Shown piece after piece: positions 1 to 10,016 of a stretch of DNA of 41,346 bases. The notes under the pieces are model-generated. The model was not told the DNA's origin, made no database searches, and saw only the letters and a list, made by a program, of their open reading frames with translations. A program made the translations under genes and the position numbers. This stretch comes from an uncultured delta proteobacterium (GTDB lineage: Bacteria; Desulfobacterota; WTBG01; CAIYCZ01): the NCBI GenBank assembly GCA_963803975.1, contig CAWDOY010000050.1, positions 1 through 41,346 of the forward strand, given 5' to 3'. Positions within the stretch are counted from its first letter, which is position 1. Each line of letters starts with the position of its first letter.

Positions 1-6
1 AAATCA

Positions 7-1920
7 ATCGAGTAGGAAGTGAGTGATTATTTCCCTACCGTCCTCTCACACCACCGTACGTGCCGTTCGGCATACGGCGGTTCGTAAAGAATTAAGATCT
101 GCTGTAGACAACTGAAACACCTGTAAGACCAAGTTTCGGAAGTAGTCATTGGTAAGAGTACGACAAAGGATTGGGCTTTTGGCTGTGCGCCATTAGCCCT
201 TTCTTGTATTGGCATACTCCCATGCTTTGCTCTCGGGAATGCCAAGCCTGACAAGGTTGTCATGTCTGGTCTTGATTTTCTTCCATTGTTCCCAGTAGCA
301 CATGCGTAGCCGTCGCCGAATCCATTCATCCAGTTTATGGCAGTGTTTTCGCATGTCGGCAACCTTAAAGTAGTTGACCCATCCTCGGATTATCTGGTTG
401 AGTCTATTTATCCTTTGTTCCATACTCATGCCATTACACGGCATTGTTACTGCTCTTACCTTCTCTTTTAACCGTTTCACGGATTTGGGGTGTACTCTCA
501 CTCCCGTCCCGTCCTTCTTCGGTAAAAAGAAATTCCTAAAAACTTCCGCTTCGTCGGGCTATCAACAGCACTTTTCTTCCGGTTGACTTTCAGCTTCAGT
601 CGCTTTTCAATAAACGGAGCTTATGCTTGCCATGACCCGGTTTCCCGCCTTCCTGCTTCTGACGTATATATTACAGTCATCTGCATACCGGCAGAACCGA
701 TGGCCTCTGCTTTCCAGTTCCTTGTCAAGTTCATGAAGCATTACATTTGACAGCAGAGGACTCAGCGGCCCGCCTTGCGGTGTGCCTTCCTCTGCCGGGC
801 TTATCAGCCCTTGGCTCATTACTCCCGATTCAAGGTATTTCCTTATAAGTCGCAGTAGCCTCTTGTCTGCTATGCGCTTTGCAAGCAGGCTCATCAGCTT
901 ATCATGGTTTACCCGGTCAAAGAATTTCTCCAGATCAATATCTACTACGGTTTTGTTCCCTTCCTGCATATACGTCGCTGCCTGTTCTATGGCTTGCTGC
1001 GCACTGCGTCCGGGTCGAAATCCATAGCTGTTTCCGGAAAACTCCTTCTCAAATATCGGGCTTAATACCTGGGCTATTGCCTGTTGTATCATCCGGTCTA
1101 CAACTGTTGGTATCCCCAGCAGCCTTACCCCGCCATCCGGCTTGGGTATCTCTACCCTGCGTACCGGTTGCGGTCTGATACTTCCCTTCCAGCAACTGCT
1201 GTCTCAGGCTTTCTCCGGTTTGTTTTAAATACGGCAGCAGTGCTTCCACCTTCATTCCGTCTACTCCATGCACTGCCTCCGTTCTTCACCACCCGTTTAT
1301 AGGCATGGTTCAGATTCTCCCGGTCGATAACCTTTTCAAGCAATGTGCTGGTGTCTACTGCTTTCCCGTCTTTTCCTCCTGTCGACACTGGGGCAATACT
1401 CGGCTCTCCGGCGCTACCTCGGAGTTCCACTCCTACTTCTGCGCTGGTAGTTCCCTCGTGTATTGGGATTGGCTGCTTTCATCGCATTGCCCTCAAGTCC
1501 TGCAAAATTTAAAGACCTCTCTACGTTCAGCCCTTCCCTCGGCTTTTTTTTACCTCGGTACTATGGCCTCTGCTGACTCCTGACCGTTCAGTCACACATC
1601 ACTGCATGGGTTGCTGATTCTGAATATACCATCCTCAGCATTCCAGTCAGGTCTCCCCGGGTAAGAACGATAACTTTCATCCCATCTACCTGCTGCATTT
1701 ACTTCATAAGCTTCGGGCAGTATTGGACTTTGTTTTGTTTGGCAAACTCGTCCGGCTTATGCAGCCTTTTATGCAGTTTCTGTTCGTCAGGCCGGGACTT
1801 TGCCTCCGGCTTCTTTCAGATTCGCAGTCACCCACGACACCCTTGCCTTTGGCTAATGATTCCTACTGCCAAGTTCATAGCGGACTTTCACCGCCAAGTT
1901 ATCGCCCATGCCGGGCACAC
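7..1920 (-). mobile_element. Group II intron, bacterial class C (IIC), full length
   Basis: The minus strand begins GTGTGCCCGGCATGGGCG at 1920. It ends with domain V (GAACCGCCGTATGCCGAACGGCACGTACGGTGGTG, CGC triad) and domain VI ...CTACTCGAT at 7. It contains an RT ORF, and the 5' end abuts a terminator stem-loop. Confidence 0.93.
92..1482 (-). CDS. ltrA: Intron-encoded reverse transcriptase/maturase, split by several frameshifts; no endonuclease domain; ends approximate
   Basis: Fragments 1152-1430, 1049-1273, 607-1092 and 193-501 carry SYGFRPGRS, DLEKFFD, GTPQGGPLSPLLSN, RYADD and the maturase motif IRGWVNYF...LDEWIRRRLR. Confidence 0.9.
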
Positions 1921-1922
1921 CT

Positions 1923-1958
1923 AAAAAACCCTGCCGCCGCACGGTTGTAGGGTTTTTT
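1923..1958. terminator. Bidirectional intrinsic terminator; target site of the IIC intron
   Basis: AAAAAACCCTGC...GTAGGGTTTTTT hairpin lies 2 nt from the intron 5' end. Confidence 0.85.
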
Positions 1959-2147
1959 ATGTCATTAAATCTAATAGTTGAGATTTAATATTACAGCAGC
2001 AAAAAGTAATCCGAAATTAATCTGACAATAGTGATAGCTTCTTAATAAAGTATTCTATTGCTTGAGTAGAAGTGGTGTTGCTACTTGAAAAAAGAAGTCT
2101 ACACTTTTGCACTGATAAAGGTCACCACTACATATTGGTGTTAACGA

Positions 2148-2177
2148 AAAAGCGGAGCCATTGCTGACTCCGCTTTT
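2148..2177 (-). terminator. Intrinsic terminator downstream of the repeat-protein gene
   Basis: AAAAGCGGAG-ccattgctga-CTCCGCTTTT hairpin with T-tracts. Confidence 0.75.
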
Positions 2178-2226
2178 GGTTACAATTTCCAATACAACTA
2201 CAACTAATACTTCTTCCCCTGAACCC

Positions 2227-3630
2227 TTATCTTAAAGGTTTTAAAATAATTCCATTCAGAATATCATGCTTGAGGTTTGCTAAGTCCTTCTCAAGTAAAG
2301 GACTTGCCCGTGATTTCAAACCATCTATCAACTCCATTGCTTTCTGAACTGTATTCTCATTAATAGTTATTTCTTTTTTTGCAAGAAGAGTTTCTGTCAA
2401 CGGCATCAAAATTCTCTGAATGAGAATATTGGCCTTTTCTTTTAATTCATCATTATTAGTAAAAATAGCACTGAGTTCAGGTCCATGTTTATAATAAAGA
2501 GAAGTGTAATGTATACCTACTTTTGTCTTTATTAACATCTCCTTTCTGAGAGCACGCAGTTTGTAATATATGTCATAATTGCTTTCTCCCAGAACCGTTT
2601 TTGCTGGGCATTCTCCGCTTCCATAGTGCAGAATAGTACCAGATGCACCCACAGAAAACACATCATTGCTGGAACTCCCCCAGACGGCATAAAGAGGCTC
2701 TATCGTCCCGCTGGCCATTGCAGACCACGAGCTGCCATCATAGTGCAGAATGGTGCCACTACTGCCACTACTGCCCACGGCAAACACATCACTACCCGAA
2801 CTCCCCCAAACTCCACAGAGAGTATATGTCGTCCCGCTACTCATGGGAGACCATTTAGTTCCGTTATAGTGCAGGATAGTACCATCATCACCCGCAGCAA
2901 ACACATCACTGCCAGCACTACCCCAGACAGAATAAAGCTCAGGGTTTATTGAAGTTGTTGCATTCCAGTTTGTGCCATTGAAATGCTTTATTAACTGAGT
3001 TGGCCCATATGTAATTATACATCCACCAAAATGACATTCCAAACTGTTACAAGGGCAGGTTGTATAAGCCGGATAACCACCCACAACAAAAATATCATCT
3101 GCTGAACTGCCCCAGACAGCATTGAGAGCATATGTTGTAACACCGTTCATGGGAGACCAAGAACTTCCATCATAGTGTAAAATAATGTGCCTTCCCAAAG
3201 GTATATCTGGTGTTTGCCCAAAGGTAATCTCCCTCTCTGAACTCAAAACAAACACATCTGTCCCAGAACTCCCCCAGACACCATAGAGGTTATTTGAGGT
3301 TCCACTGGCCATGGAGATCCATGAAGTTCCATCATAATGAAGGATAGTACCATTGTAACCTACGGCAAAGACATCTGTGTTTGAACTTCCCCAGACACCA
3401 TAGAGGTTATTTGAGGTTCCACTGTCAATGGAGATCTATTAAGTTCCACTCTCATAATGAAGGATAGTACCATTGTAACCTACGGCAAAGACATCTGTGC
3501 CTGAACTTCCCCAAACTCCACGGAGAGTATATGTCGTCCCGCTACTCATGGGAGTCCACGACCCTGAGGCAATGACCGGGGAAAGAAACAGGATAAGAAA
3601 AGTTAAAAGTAAAAGACATTTATTTTTCAT
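2227..3630 (-). CDS. Secreted beta-propeller-like repeat protein with C-terminal CP...LR..R...L...G...YY domain; interrupted by in-frame TAA TAG at ~3436-3441
   Basis: Signal peptide MKNKCLLLLTFLILFLSPVIA and ~39-aa repeats VWGSSxxDVFAVGxxGTILHYDGSSW. ORFs 3439-3630 and 2227-3312 are in the same frame. Confidence 0.75.
3272..3512. repeat. Near-identical tandem ~117-120 bp intragenic repeat (two copies)
   Basis: CCCCAGACACCATAGAGGTTATTTGAGGTTCCACTG...CATAATGAAGGATAGTACCATTGTAACCTACGGCAAAGACATCTGTG occurs twice. In addition, 3510-3554 matches ~2806-2849. Confidence 0.9.
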
Positions 3631-3661
3631 ATGTTCCCCTATCGTTAATGCAAAATAATAA

Positions 3662-3693
3662 AACCTCTGTCAGCAGATAGGCTGATAGAGGTT
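3662..3693 (-). terminator. Terminator-like hairpin in the leader of the repeat-protein gene
   Basis: Minus strand AACCTCTATCAGC-ctatct-GCTGACAGAGGTT followed by TTATTATTTT. Confidence 0.6.
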
Positions 3694-3699
3694 CGTTTT

Positions 3700-3738
3700 T
3701 TAATCTTCCCCTATTATTATTTTGCCATTCCCAATCAT
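3700..3738 (-). CDS. Candidate 12-aa leader peptide MIGNGKIIIGED
   Basis: AGGAGG RBS lies 6 nt before the ATG. A TTGAAT-N18-TATAAT promoter-like motif is upstream, and the stop codon is followed by the hairpin. Confidence 0.35.
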   Translation of the reverse strand: MIGNGKIIIGED

Positions 3739-3985
3739 GGGATACCTCCTATTGTGGCAATAATTATACTCCCTTAATAAATAACTATTCAACAAAAATT
3801 AATGGTGAAAACTGATATGTTGTGGTGGGCATTAACCGCTAAAAAGTGTAGCTTATGTATCAAAAGCGGGAGAAGTCACTTAAGTTAACCGATTGTAGAC
3901 TTTAACATGTAAGCACTTGCCCGAAGTAATCAAAACCCTGTTTCAAAGGTGTCAGTTAAATCTAAATTACACATTAAAGTGCCTG

Positions 3986-4706
3986 TTACGGTCCCGCCTG
4001 ATATTCCTTCTGCACCTTCTGCAAATCTTCCCACGCCTCCCGTTTTTTTTCCGGGGAGCGCAGCAGAAATGAGGGGTGATAGGTCGGCATCACCATGATG
4101 CCGTTTTCCAACCGCTGGAAGCGGCCGCGAAGTTTTGTTATGCCCTCTTTTGTCCCCAGCAGCGCCTGGGTGGAAAACCGTCCCAGCGTGCAGACGATGC
4201 GCGGCTGGATCACGGCAAGCTGTTTCATTAAAAACGGCAGGCAGGTCGCGATCTCGTCTTCCTGGGGGTCCCGGTTATCCGGCGGCCGACACTTGACCAC
4301 ATTGGCAATATAGACTTCACTGCGGTCAAGCTGTATGGCCTGTATCATGCGCGTGAGCAGCTGCCCTGCTTTTCCCACAAACGGCTCAGCCTGCAGGTCT
4401 TCTTCCTCCCCCGGCCCTTCTCCGACAAAGACCAGCCGCGCGTCGGGATTGCCGGTGCCGAAGACAATATTTTTTCGCCCCGCGTGCAGCCGGCAGCGGG
4501 TGCAGTCGCCGATTTCTTCACGGACTTCCCGCAGCGCATCCTTTCTTCAGAGGGGACGGTATTGCGCCGGGGGCTGCCTTCTCAGCCGCAGGCGGAGCAG
4601 AAACCGGGACTGTCTTCAGGCCCCGCTCTCTTTGCAGTTGCACATAATCCCGAAGGGCTCCAATAATCTCCAGCGCTTCCTGCTTAAATTCTTCAGGGTT
4701 TTTCAT
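3986..4706 (-). CDS. udg: Uracil-DNA glycosylase family 4 (Fe-S type), one frameshift near 4540
   Basis: CTRCRL, VFVGEGPGEEED, PFVGKAGQLL, YIANVVKCRPPDNRDP and TYHPSFLLR motifs. Confidence 0.92.
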
Positions 4707-4793
4707 GTTGCGGACTGGTTTTAATCGTATGCATTAAATGCCTCATTTTCAAAACAGAACATTGCGTTTTGGAAATTGGACATTTAGCCTTTG

Positions 4794-4824
4794 TTTGATA
4801 TTTGGATTTTGAAATTTGGTATTT
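4794..4824. repeat. Degenerate 7-bp tandem repeat (TTTGRWW) in the intergenic region
   Basis: tttgata tttggat tttgaaa tttggta ttt. Confidence 0.55.
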
Positions 4825-6031
4825 ACTGTACTCTGCTTTTTTTTGCCAGGCTGAGTATGCTATCCAGTATGCTGTGGGCGATCTCATCCTTGGGCCGGGA
4901 AGTAAGCGTTTCCACGCGTCCGTCCCTGAATATGAGCTGCACCTCATTCACATCAGAGCCAAAACCAATGCCCTGTTTGCTCACATCGTTTGCCACGATG
5001 AGATCAAGGTTCTTTTCCTTCAGCTTTTCTGCGGCATGGGCTTTAACATTGCCGGTCTCGGCAGCAAAGCCCACGAGAATTTTCTGCCCCTTCTTTTTCC
5101 CCAGCTCTGCAAGAATATCGCGGGTTCTCTCAAGCCGCAGCTCGAGCGCCGCATCCTCTTTCTTTATCTTCTGTGCAGCCGCTTTTTCGGGCCGGTAGTC
5201 GCCAACCGCCGCCGCCTTAACCACAATAGAAGCATCCGTGAAATATTTGCCGACCGCGGTGCGCATCTCTTCTGCGGTCTCAACCGGTATGAAACGCACG
5301 GCACGCGGCGGCGTTATCGAGGTGGGGCCGCTCACCAGCGTAACCTGCGCTCCCCGCTGCCGGAAGGCGCGGGCTATGGCATAGCCCATCTTACCTGAGG
5401 AGGGGTTGGAAATAAAGCGCACCGGGTCGAGCCGTTCCCTGGTCGGCCCTGCAGTCACCAGGACTTTTTTACCGGCAAAGTCTTGTACTGACAGGAGCGC
5501 CTCAAGCTCATCTATAATATCTGCGAGGTCAGCCATGCGGCCTGTGCCCTGTGTTCCGCAGGCAAGGTCACCCCAGCCGGGGTCAATAAAACGGCAGCCC
5601 CTCTTTTGCAGCGCTTTGATATTATCCTGCACAACAGGATTGTCCCACATGGCTTCATTCATGGCCGGCGCCATGAGAAGCGGCGCTTTCGCGGCCATCA
5701 CCACGGTTGAAAGGACATCATCAGCTATGCCGTGGGCGATTTTCCCGATGATATTTGCCGTGGCCGGGGCAATGAGGAGCACCTGCGCCCGCTGCGCGAG
5801 GGAGATATGGCCGATCTCTTGCTCCTCATACAGCTTGAAGAGCTCGGTAAAGACCGGGTTGCCGGACAGGGTCTGCAGCGTCAGCGGGGTGATGAATTCC
5901 CGAGCGCTGCGGGTCATGATGACATGCACCCGGGCGCCGCGCTTCACCAGCTCCCTGACCAGCTCGGCTGATTTATAGGCCGCAATCCCGCCGGTGATTC
6001 CCAGGACTATTTCTTTTCCTTGCATCATCAT
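4823..6031 (-). CDS. coaBC: Phosphopantothenoylcysteine decarboxylase/phosphopantothenate-cysteine ligase
   Basis: GITGGIAAYK, APATAN, APAMN, VTAGPTRE, NPSSGKMG and GFAAET motifs; full length. Confidence 0.97.
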   Translation of the reverse strand: MMMQGKEIVLGITGGIAAYKSAELVRELVKRGARVHVIMTRSAREFITPLTLQTLSGNPVFTELFKLYEEQEIGHISLAQRAQVLLIAPATANIIGKIAHGIADDVLSTVVMAAKAPLLMAPAMNEAMWDNPVVQDNIKALQKRGCRFIDPGWGDLACGTQGTGRMADLADIIDELEALLSVQDFAGKKVLVTAGPTRERLDPVRFISNPSSGKMGYAIARAFRQRGAQVTLVSGPTSITPPRAVRFIPVETAEEMRTAVGKYFTDASIVVKAAAVGDYRPEKAAAQKIKKEDAALELRLERTRDILAELGKKKGQKILVGFAAETGNVKAHAAEKLKEKNLDLIVANDVSKQGIGFGSDVNEVQLIFRDGRVETLTSRPKDEIAHSILDSILSLAKKSRVQ

Positions 6032-6043
6032 AGCTACTCCCCG

Positions 6044-6583
6044 TTAGTTTCGTTCCCGCTCGTTGATAAGGCGAATGCCCCTGCGGACGTAGTCGATGCC
6101 CGAAATAATGGTGAACAGGCCGGTTATCCAGTACACCAGGTGCAGGGGTATGTATTTATTCTGCATTACCTGAAACAAGAGAGTCAACCCGATGGTCAGG
6201 AGCTGCAGCGTGGTGGTGCATTTGCTGATAATGGTGGGATTAATTGAAATTGAAAATGAATTAACCAGGAGCACCAGAATTCCTCCCAGGATAATAACAT
6301 CTCTGCTGATGACCAGTATCGACAGCCACACCGGCATCAGCTTGAGAATAGAGAAGGCAACAAAGGAGCTGCTCAGCAGCAGCTTGTCGGCAATCGGGTC
6401 AAGATACGCCCCCAGGGTCGTTTTTTGTTTAAAGGTCCGTGCCAGGAAGCCGTCCAGCGCATCAGTTACCCCGGCGCAGAAAAAGAGCAGCAGGGCCAGG
6501 GGATAAAACCCATAGGACAGCAGGATGATAAACAGGGGTATAGAGAGAATGCGCAGTATGGTTAAAAAATTTGGAATATTCAT
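6044..6583 (-). CDS. pgsA: CDP-alcohol phosphatidyltransferase (PgsA-like)
   Basis: MNIPNFLTILR start and DALDGFLAR...GAYLDPIADK signature. Confidence 0.88.
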   Translation of the reverse strand: MNIPNFLTILRILSIPLFIILLSYGFYPLALLLFFCAGVTDALDGFLARTFKQKTTLGAYLDPIADKLLLSSSFVAFSILKLMPVWLSILVISRDVIILGGILVLLVNSFSISINPTIISKCTTTLQLLTIGLTLLFQVMQNKYIPLHLVYWITGLFTIISGIDYVRRGIRLINERERN

Positions 6584-6602
6584 AAGACCGCGTTGCGTAA
6601 GG

Positions 6603-7520
6603 TTACCGGGGAAGCATCTGCAGTTTATCGACAATCTGCTCGAGGATCTGCCGGGAGGCCTTGTCAATGGCGTTTCGACAGGCAAGGGTTTCATCAGCAT
6701 TGACCCCAAGACCATAGCCGGCAGCGCTCACCAGCACCTTGTGGTCTTTCACGCTCACGGTTTGTGCCTTGAAATTACACTGGAACGCACTGAATGACGA
6801 CGACTCGGTTATCTTGCTGCGCTCGAGGTCTGTTCTTCCCACGATAACAAGATCTGCCCCGCACTGGGCGCCCAGCCGGCACAGGCTGTCAAGATCAGGT
6901 TCCAGGCTCTGCGCAAATCCTGCCGGCGGGAACTCCTTCACTCCCAGGGAAGGATCCAGTACCGTAAAACCTTTTTCCGTACAGCGGTCTTTCAGCCGCA
7001 GCTCGCTTTCCGGCACCGCAGGCGCTGCTGACCACCAGTAGCTGTATTCTTTTGCAGCCGGCGCCTTTTCCGCTATCATGAGAAGCACTTTGAACAGCAT
7101 TTTAGGCGCGCTGCCCATAAACAGCGCGTCAAGGTCTTGTTTGATCAGTTCCTGCTGCACCAGAGCCTGAATGATTATCTGGTAGGTGTCAAAGGCCGTA
7201 TTCTCATAGAGAATTTTAAAGCTTTGAATATAGGTCGTTGATTTGTCAAAAAAATTCTTTTTCAGGGCCGGGAAACTGCTGCCCATGGTTTCCAGGGGAA
7301 GCAGCGCTGAGACTGCTTCCATGACCGCTTTACCCTGCGCATCCAGGAGGGCCTGCTGCCGGGCGGTCTCAACATCAGCAGAAGTGATACGGGCCATTCC
7401 CCGGCCGATAAAGCCTTCCGGGACAGGGGTTTCCTGGGCGCAGGACACTGCAGCATAAACTAAAAGGGCTGCTGTGAGCACAGTAAGAACGGGTACTTTA
7501 TGGCTGTGGTTCATTAACAT
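6603..7520 (-). CDS. Exported hypothetical protein with FlgT N-terminal-like domain
   Basis: Signal peptide followed by GMARITSADVETARQQALLDAQGKAV; stop overlaps the operon structure. Confidence 0.6.
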   Translation of the reverse strand: MLMNHSHKVPVLTVLTAALLVYAAVSCAQETPVPEGFIGRGMARITSADVETARQQALLDAQGKAVMEAVSALLPLETMGSSFPALKKNFFDKSTTYIQSFKILYENTAFDTYQIIIQALVQQELIKQDLDALFMGSAPKMLFKVLLMIAEKAPAAKEYSYWWSAAPAVPESELRLKDRCTEKGFTVLDPSLGVKEFPPAGFAQSLEPDLDSLCRLGAQCGADLVIVGRTDLERSKITESSSFSAFQCNFKAQTVSVKDHKVLVSAAGYGLGVNADETLACRNAIDKASRQILEQIVDKLQMLPR

Positions 7521-8836
7521 CTTCCGCTCGCATGTTTTTTTCTGAACGACGGTATGGAAAACCGCCGCAAAGACTGGGCTACTGCATAATCAAGCTGTGC
7601 CTCAAGGAGCACGTCCGCTCCCCGGTATTCGGTGTGCAGCACGGTCCCGTTTTTATAGATCCGGTCAATGGCGCTGCCCTCTGAAAGCGGCAGCCGCAAG
7701 CAGACGCGCGGCATCCTCCTGGTCATCCAGCTGTTTATATATGCTATGAGGTCCCCAATGCCGGCGCCGGTTCGTGCCGAGATGGCAACCGCCGGCTCCA
7801 GCCGCCGCTGCCACAGGCGAATTAACCCCGGCTCCGGCACCCGGTCAATTTTATTGAGCACATACAGGGTATCCTTTTGCTGAATCCCTATCTCCTGCAG
7901 TACCGCGTTTACCGACGCAACCTGCTCTTCAACAAACGGGCTGCTGATATCAACAACAAGGAGCAGCAGCGATGCTTCCGCCACCTCTTCCAGCGTTGCC
8001 TTGAATGCTGCTATGAGCTGGTGCGGAAGCTTCCTGATAAACCCGACGGTATCCGAGAGCAGGACCTTACCCACTCCCTGCAGCCGGCGAATGGTCGGGT
8101 CAAGCGTGGAGAAGAGCCGGTCTTCCGCAACAACCCCCGCGTGTGAAAGCCTGTTTAAAAGGGTTGATTTGCCGGCATTGGTGTAGCCGATGAGAGCGGC
8201 AAGGTACTGCCCGTTAAATTTTCGTGAACGCCGCTGGGTGCTGCGAACGTTTCGTATCTGTTCCAGGTCCTTTTTCAGCCGGGACATGCGCCCCTTGATT
8301 TTTCGCCGGTCCATTTCAAGTTTTGTTTCCCCGGGGCCCCGCGTGCCGATACCGCCGCCGAGCCGGGACAGCGCAATGCCCTTACCGCTGAGACGGGGCA
8401 GGAGATATGAGAGCTGTGCCAGTTCAACCTGGAGTTTCCCCTCCCGGGAGCGGGCCCGCTGGGCAAAAATATCAAGTATCAGGCCGGTTCGGTCTATGAC
8501 GGTGACGCCGAGGGAGTCCTCAAGATTTCGCTGCTGGGCCGGCGACAGATCATCATCAAAAATTACCAGGTTGGCGCTGCGCTCTTGAATCAGCTGCTCA
8601 ACGTCTGCAACCTTGCCGCGGCCAATAAAAAAAGCAGGATCTATTCCCTTCACGTCCTGCGTAATTCTTCCTGCCACGCGCGCGCCGGCTGACTCCGCCA
8701 GGCTTTCCAGCTCATCAAGCGAATCAGCTTTTATCTGCCCGGTGAGCGGTTTTTTTTTCAGCCCAACCAGAATCGCCTTTTCCTGTTCCACGGAAGTTAT
8801 ACTCAAGTGCGCCTGTTTCTCCTCCTGCGCTAACAT
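7514..8836 (-). CDS. hflX: GTPase HflX
   Basis: DRTGLILDIFAQRA, GGGIGTRGPGETKLE, GYTNAGKST, DTVGFI and NKID motifs. Confidence 0.97.
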   Translation of the reverse strand: MLAQEEKQAHLSITSVEQEKAILVGLKKKPLTGQIKADSLDELESLAESAGARVAGRITQDVKGIDPAFFIGRGKVADVEQLIQERSANLVIFDDDLSPAQQRNLEDSLGVTVIDRTGLILDIFAQRARSREGKLQVELAQLSYLLPRLSGKGIALSRLGGGIGTRGPGETKLEMDRRKIKGRMSRLKKDLEQIRNVRSTQRRSRKFNGQYLAALIGYTNAGKSTLLNRLSHAGVVAEDRLFSTLDPTIRRLQGVGKVLLSDTVGFIRKLPHQLIAAFKATLEEVAEASLLLLVVDISSPFVEEQVASVNAVLQEIGIQQKDTLYVLNKIDRVPEPGLIRLWQRRLEPAVAISARTGAGIGDLIAYINSWMTRRMPRVCLRLPLSEGSAIDRIYKNGTVLHTEYRGADVLLEAQLDYAVAQSLRRFSIPSFRKKHASGRC

Positions 8837-8942
8837 CTTGTTTCTACGCTTGGATTGCCTCGTCTTGCCGATATATCAGGACGCGCAATGACAGAAAAAA
8901 TCCGTTATTGTGGACAACGATGCGCGTATATTGAATAATAGG

Positions 8943-9875
8943 TTAATTTATCTCCGGTTTCAAGAAGTTTTTCATTTTGATTGCTGCCTCATCGCGTGCG
9001 TCCGGCAACATGATCCATGCAATGTCCGGGTCATGGCGAAACCAGGTCAATTGCCGTTTGGCAAAGCGCTTGGTGTCGCGTTTCATCTCGCGCAAAGCTT
9101 CTTCCCAGGACCGGTGTCCCTCGATAAACGCCGCCATCTGCTTGTAGCCGATGCTCTGCAGGGGTTTAAGAGAAGAAGTATAGCCCCGTGCCAACACCGA
9201 TTGCACCTCTTCCCGCAGCCCCTCCCCTATCATTCGCTCGACCCGCTCCTCGATGCGATGGTACAACTCGCTGCGATCCCGCATGAGGCCGATTTTCAGG
9301 ACGTTATAGGGCGTGTCGTCAAATGCGTGGGCCTGCTGGTGCCGGGAAATCGGCACGCCGGTCAGATAGAGTACTTCCAACGCACGAATAATTCGCACCA
9401 CGTCATGGGGATTTATTTTTTGCGCTGACAGCGGGTCCTGTTCCTGAAGAAGTTTGTATAACGTTTCCTTTCCTCCCTGTTCTGCGGTGTGCCGCAATTC
9501 CGTGCGCAGCTCCTCGCTTTTTTCGGGAGCAGTAAACAGCCCTTTAGTGAGGGCCCTGATATAGAGTCCGGTCCCTCCCACCACCAGGGGCAGCAAGCCC
9601 CGTGCGGTAATATCAGCAATGGCCTGCCGGGCCCGCGCCATAAATTGCGCGGCGCTGAAATCCTCATCGGGGTTGATGATCGACAGGAGATGATGGGGGA
9701 CGCGCTCTTGCTGGACAGGCGTTGGTTTGGAAGTTCCGATGTCCAGATACCGGTAGACCTGCATGGAATCGGCGTTAATAATTTCCACGGGGAATTGCCC
9801 GGCAAGCGAAAGCGCAACGTCGGTTTTCCCGACGCCGGTAGGGCCCTGGATGATTACTATCTGTTGCTTTTTTAT
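8943..9875 (-). CDS. miaA: tRNA dimethylallyltransferase; apparent ATA start
   Basis: The frame extends upstream to IKKQQIVIIQGPTGVGKT. Motifs NADSMQVY, VGGTGLY, QSIGYKQ and FAKRQLTWF are present. AAGGAG lies 6 nt before ATA. Confidence 0.95.
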   Translation of the reverse strand: MKKQQIVIIQGPTGVGKTDVALSLAGQFPVEIINADSMQVYRYLDIGTSKPTPVQQERVPHHLLSIINPDEDFSAAQFMARARQAIADITARGLLPLVVGGTGLYIRALTKGLFTAPEKSEELRTELRHTAEQGGKETLYKLLQEQDPLSAQKINPHDVVRIIRALEVLYLTGVPISRHQQAHAFDDTPYNVLKIGLMRDRSELYHRIEERVERMIGEGLREEVQSVLARGYTSSLKPLQSIGYKQMAAFIEGHRSWEEALREMKRDTKRFAKRQLTWFRHDPDIAWIMLPDARDEAAIKMKNFLKPEIN

Positions 9876-10016
9876 GAGCAGCTCCTTATTTTATAAATTG
9901 CTCTGCGCAGGTAAGATGGTATGAGAGGTAATTCTAATGAAACTCTATTGATATTTCAAGGCAATCCTGATAAAAACCTACTACAGTGACCTGTATATAA
10001 TAAATATCCCTTCACT

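Noticed and set aside
3272..3512. Diversity-generating retroelement (RT near a near-identical repeat pair)
   Set aside because: The RT is a group II intron protein inside complete intron RNA. Mismatches between the repeat copies are not confined to adenines of one copy and include an indel.
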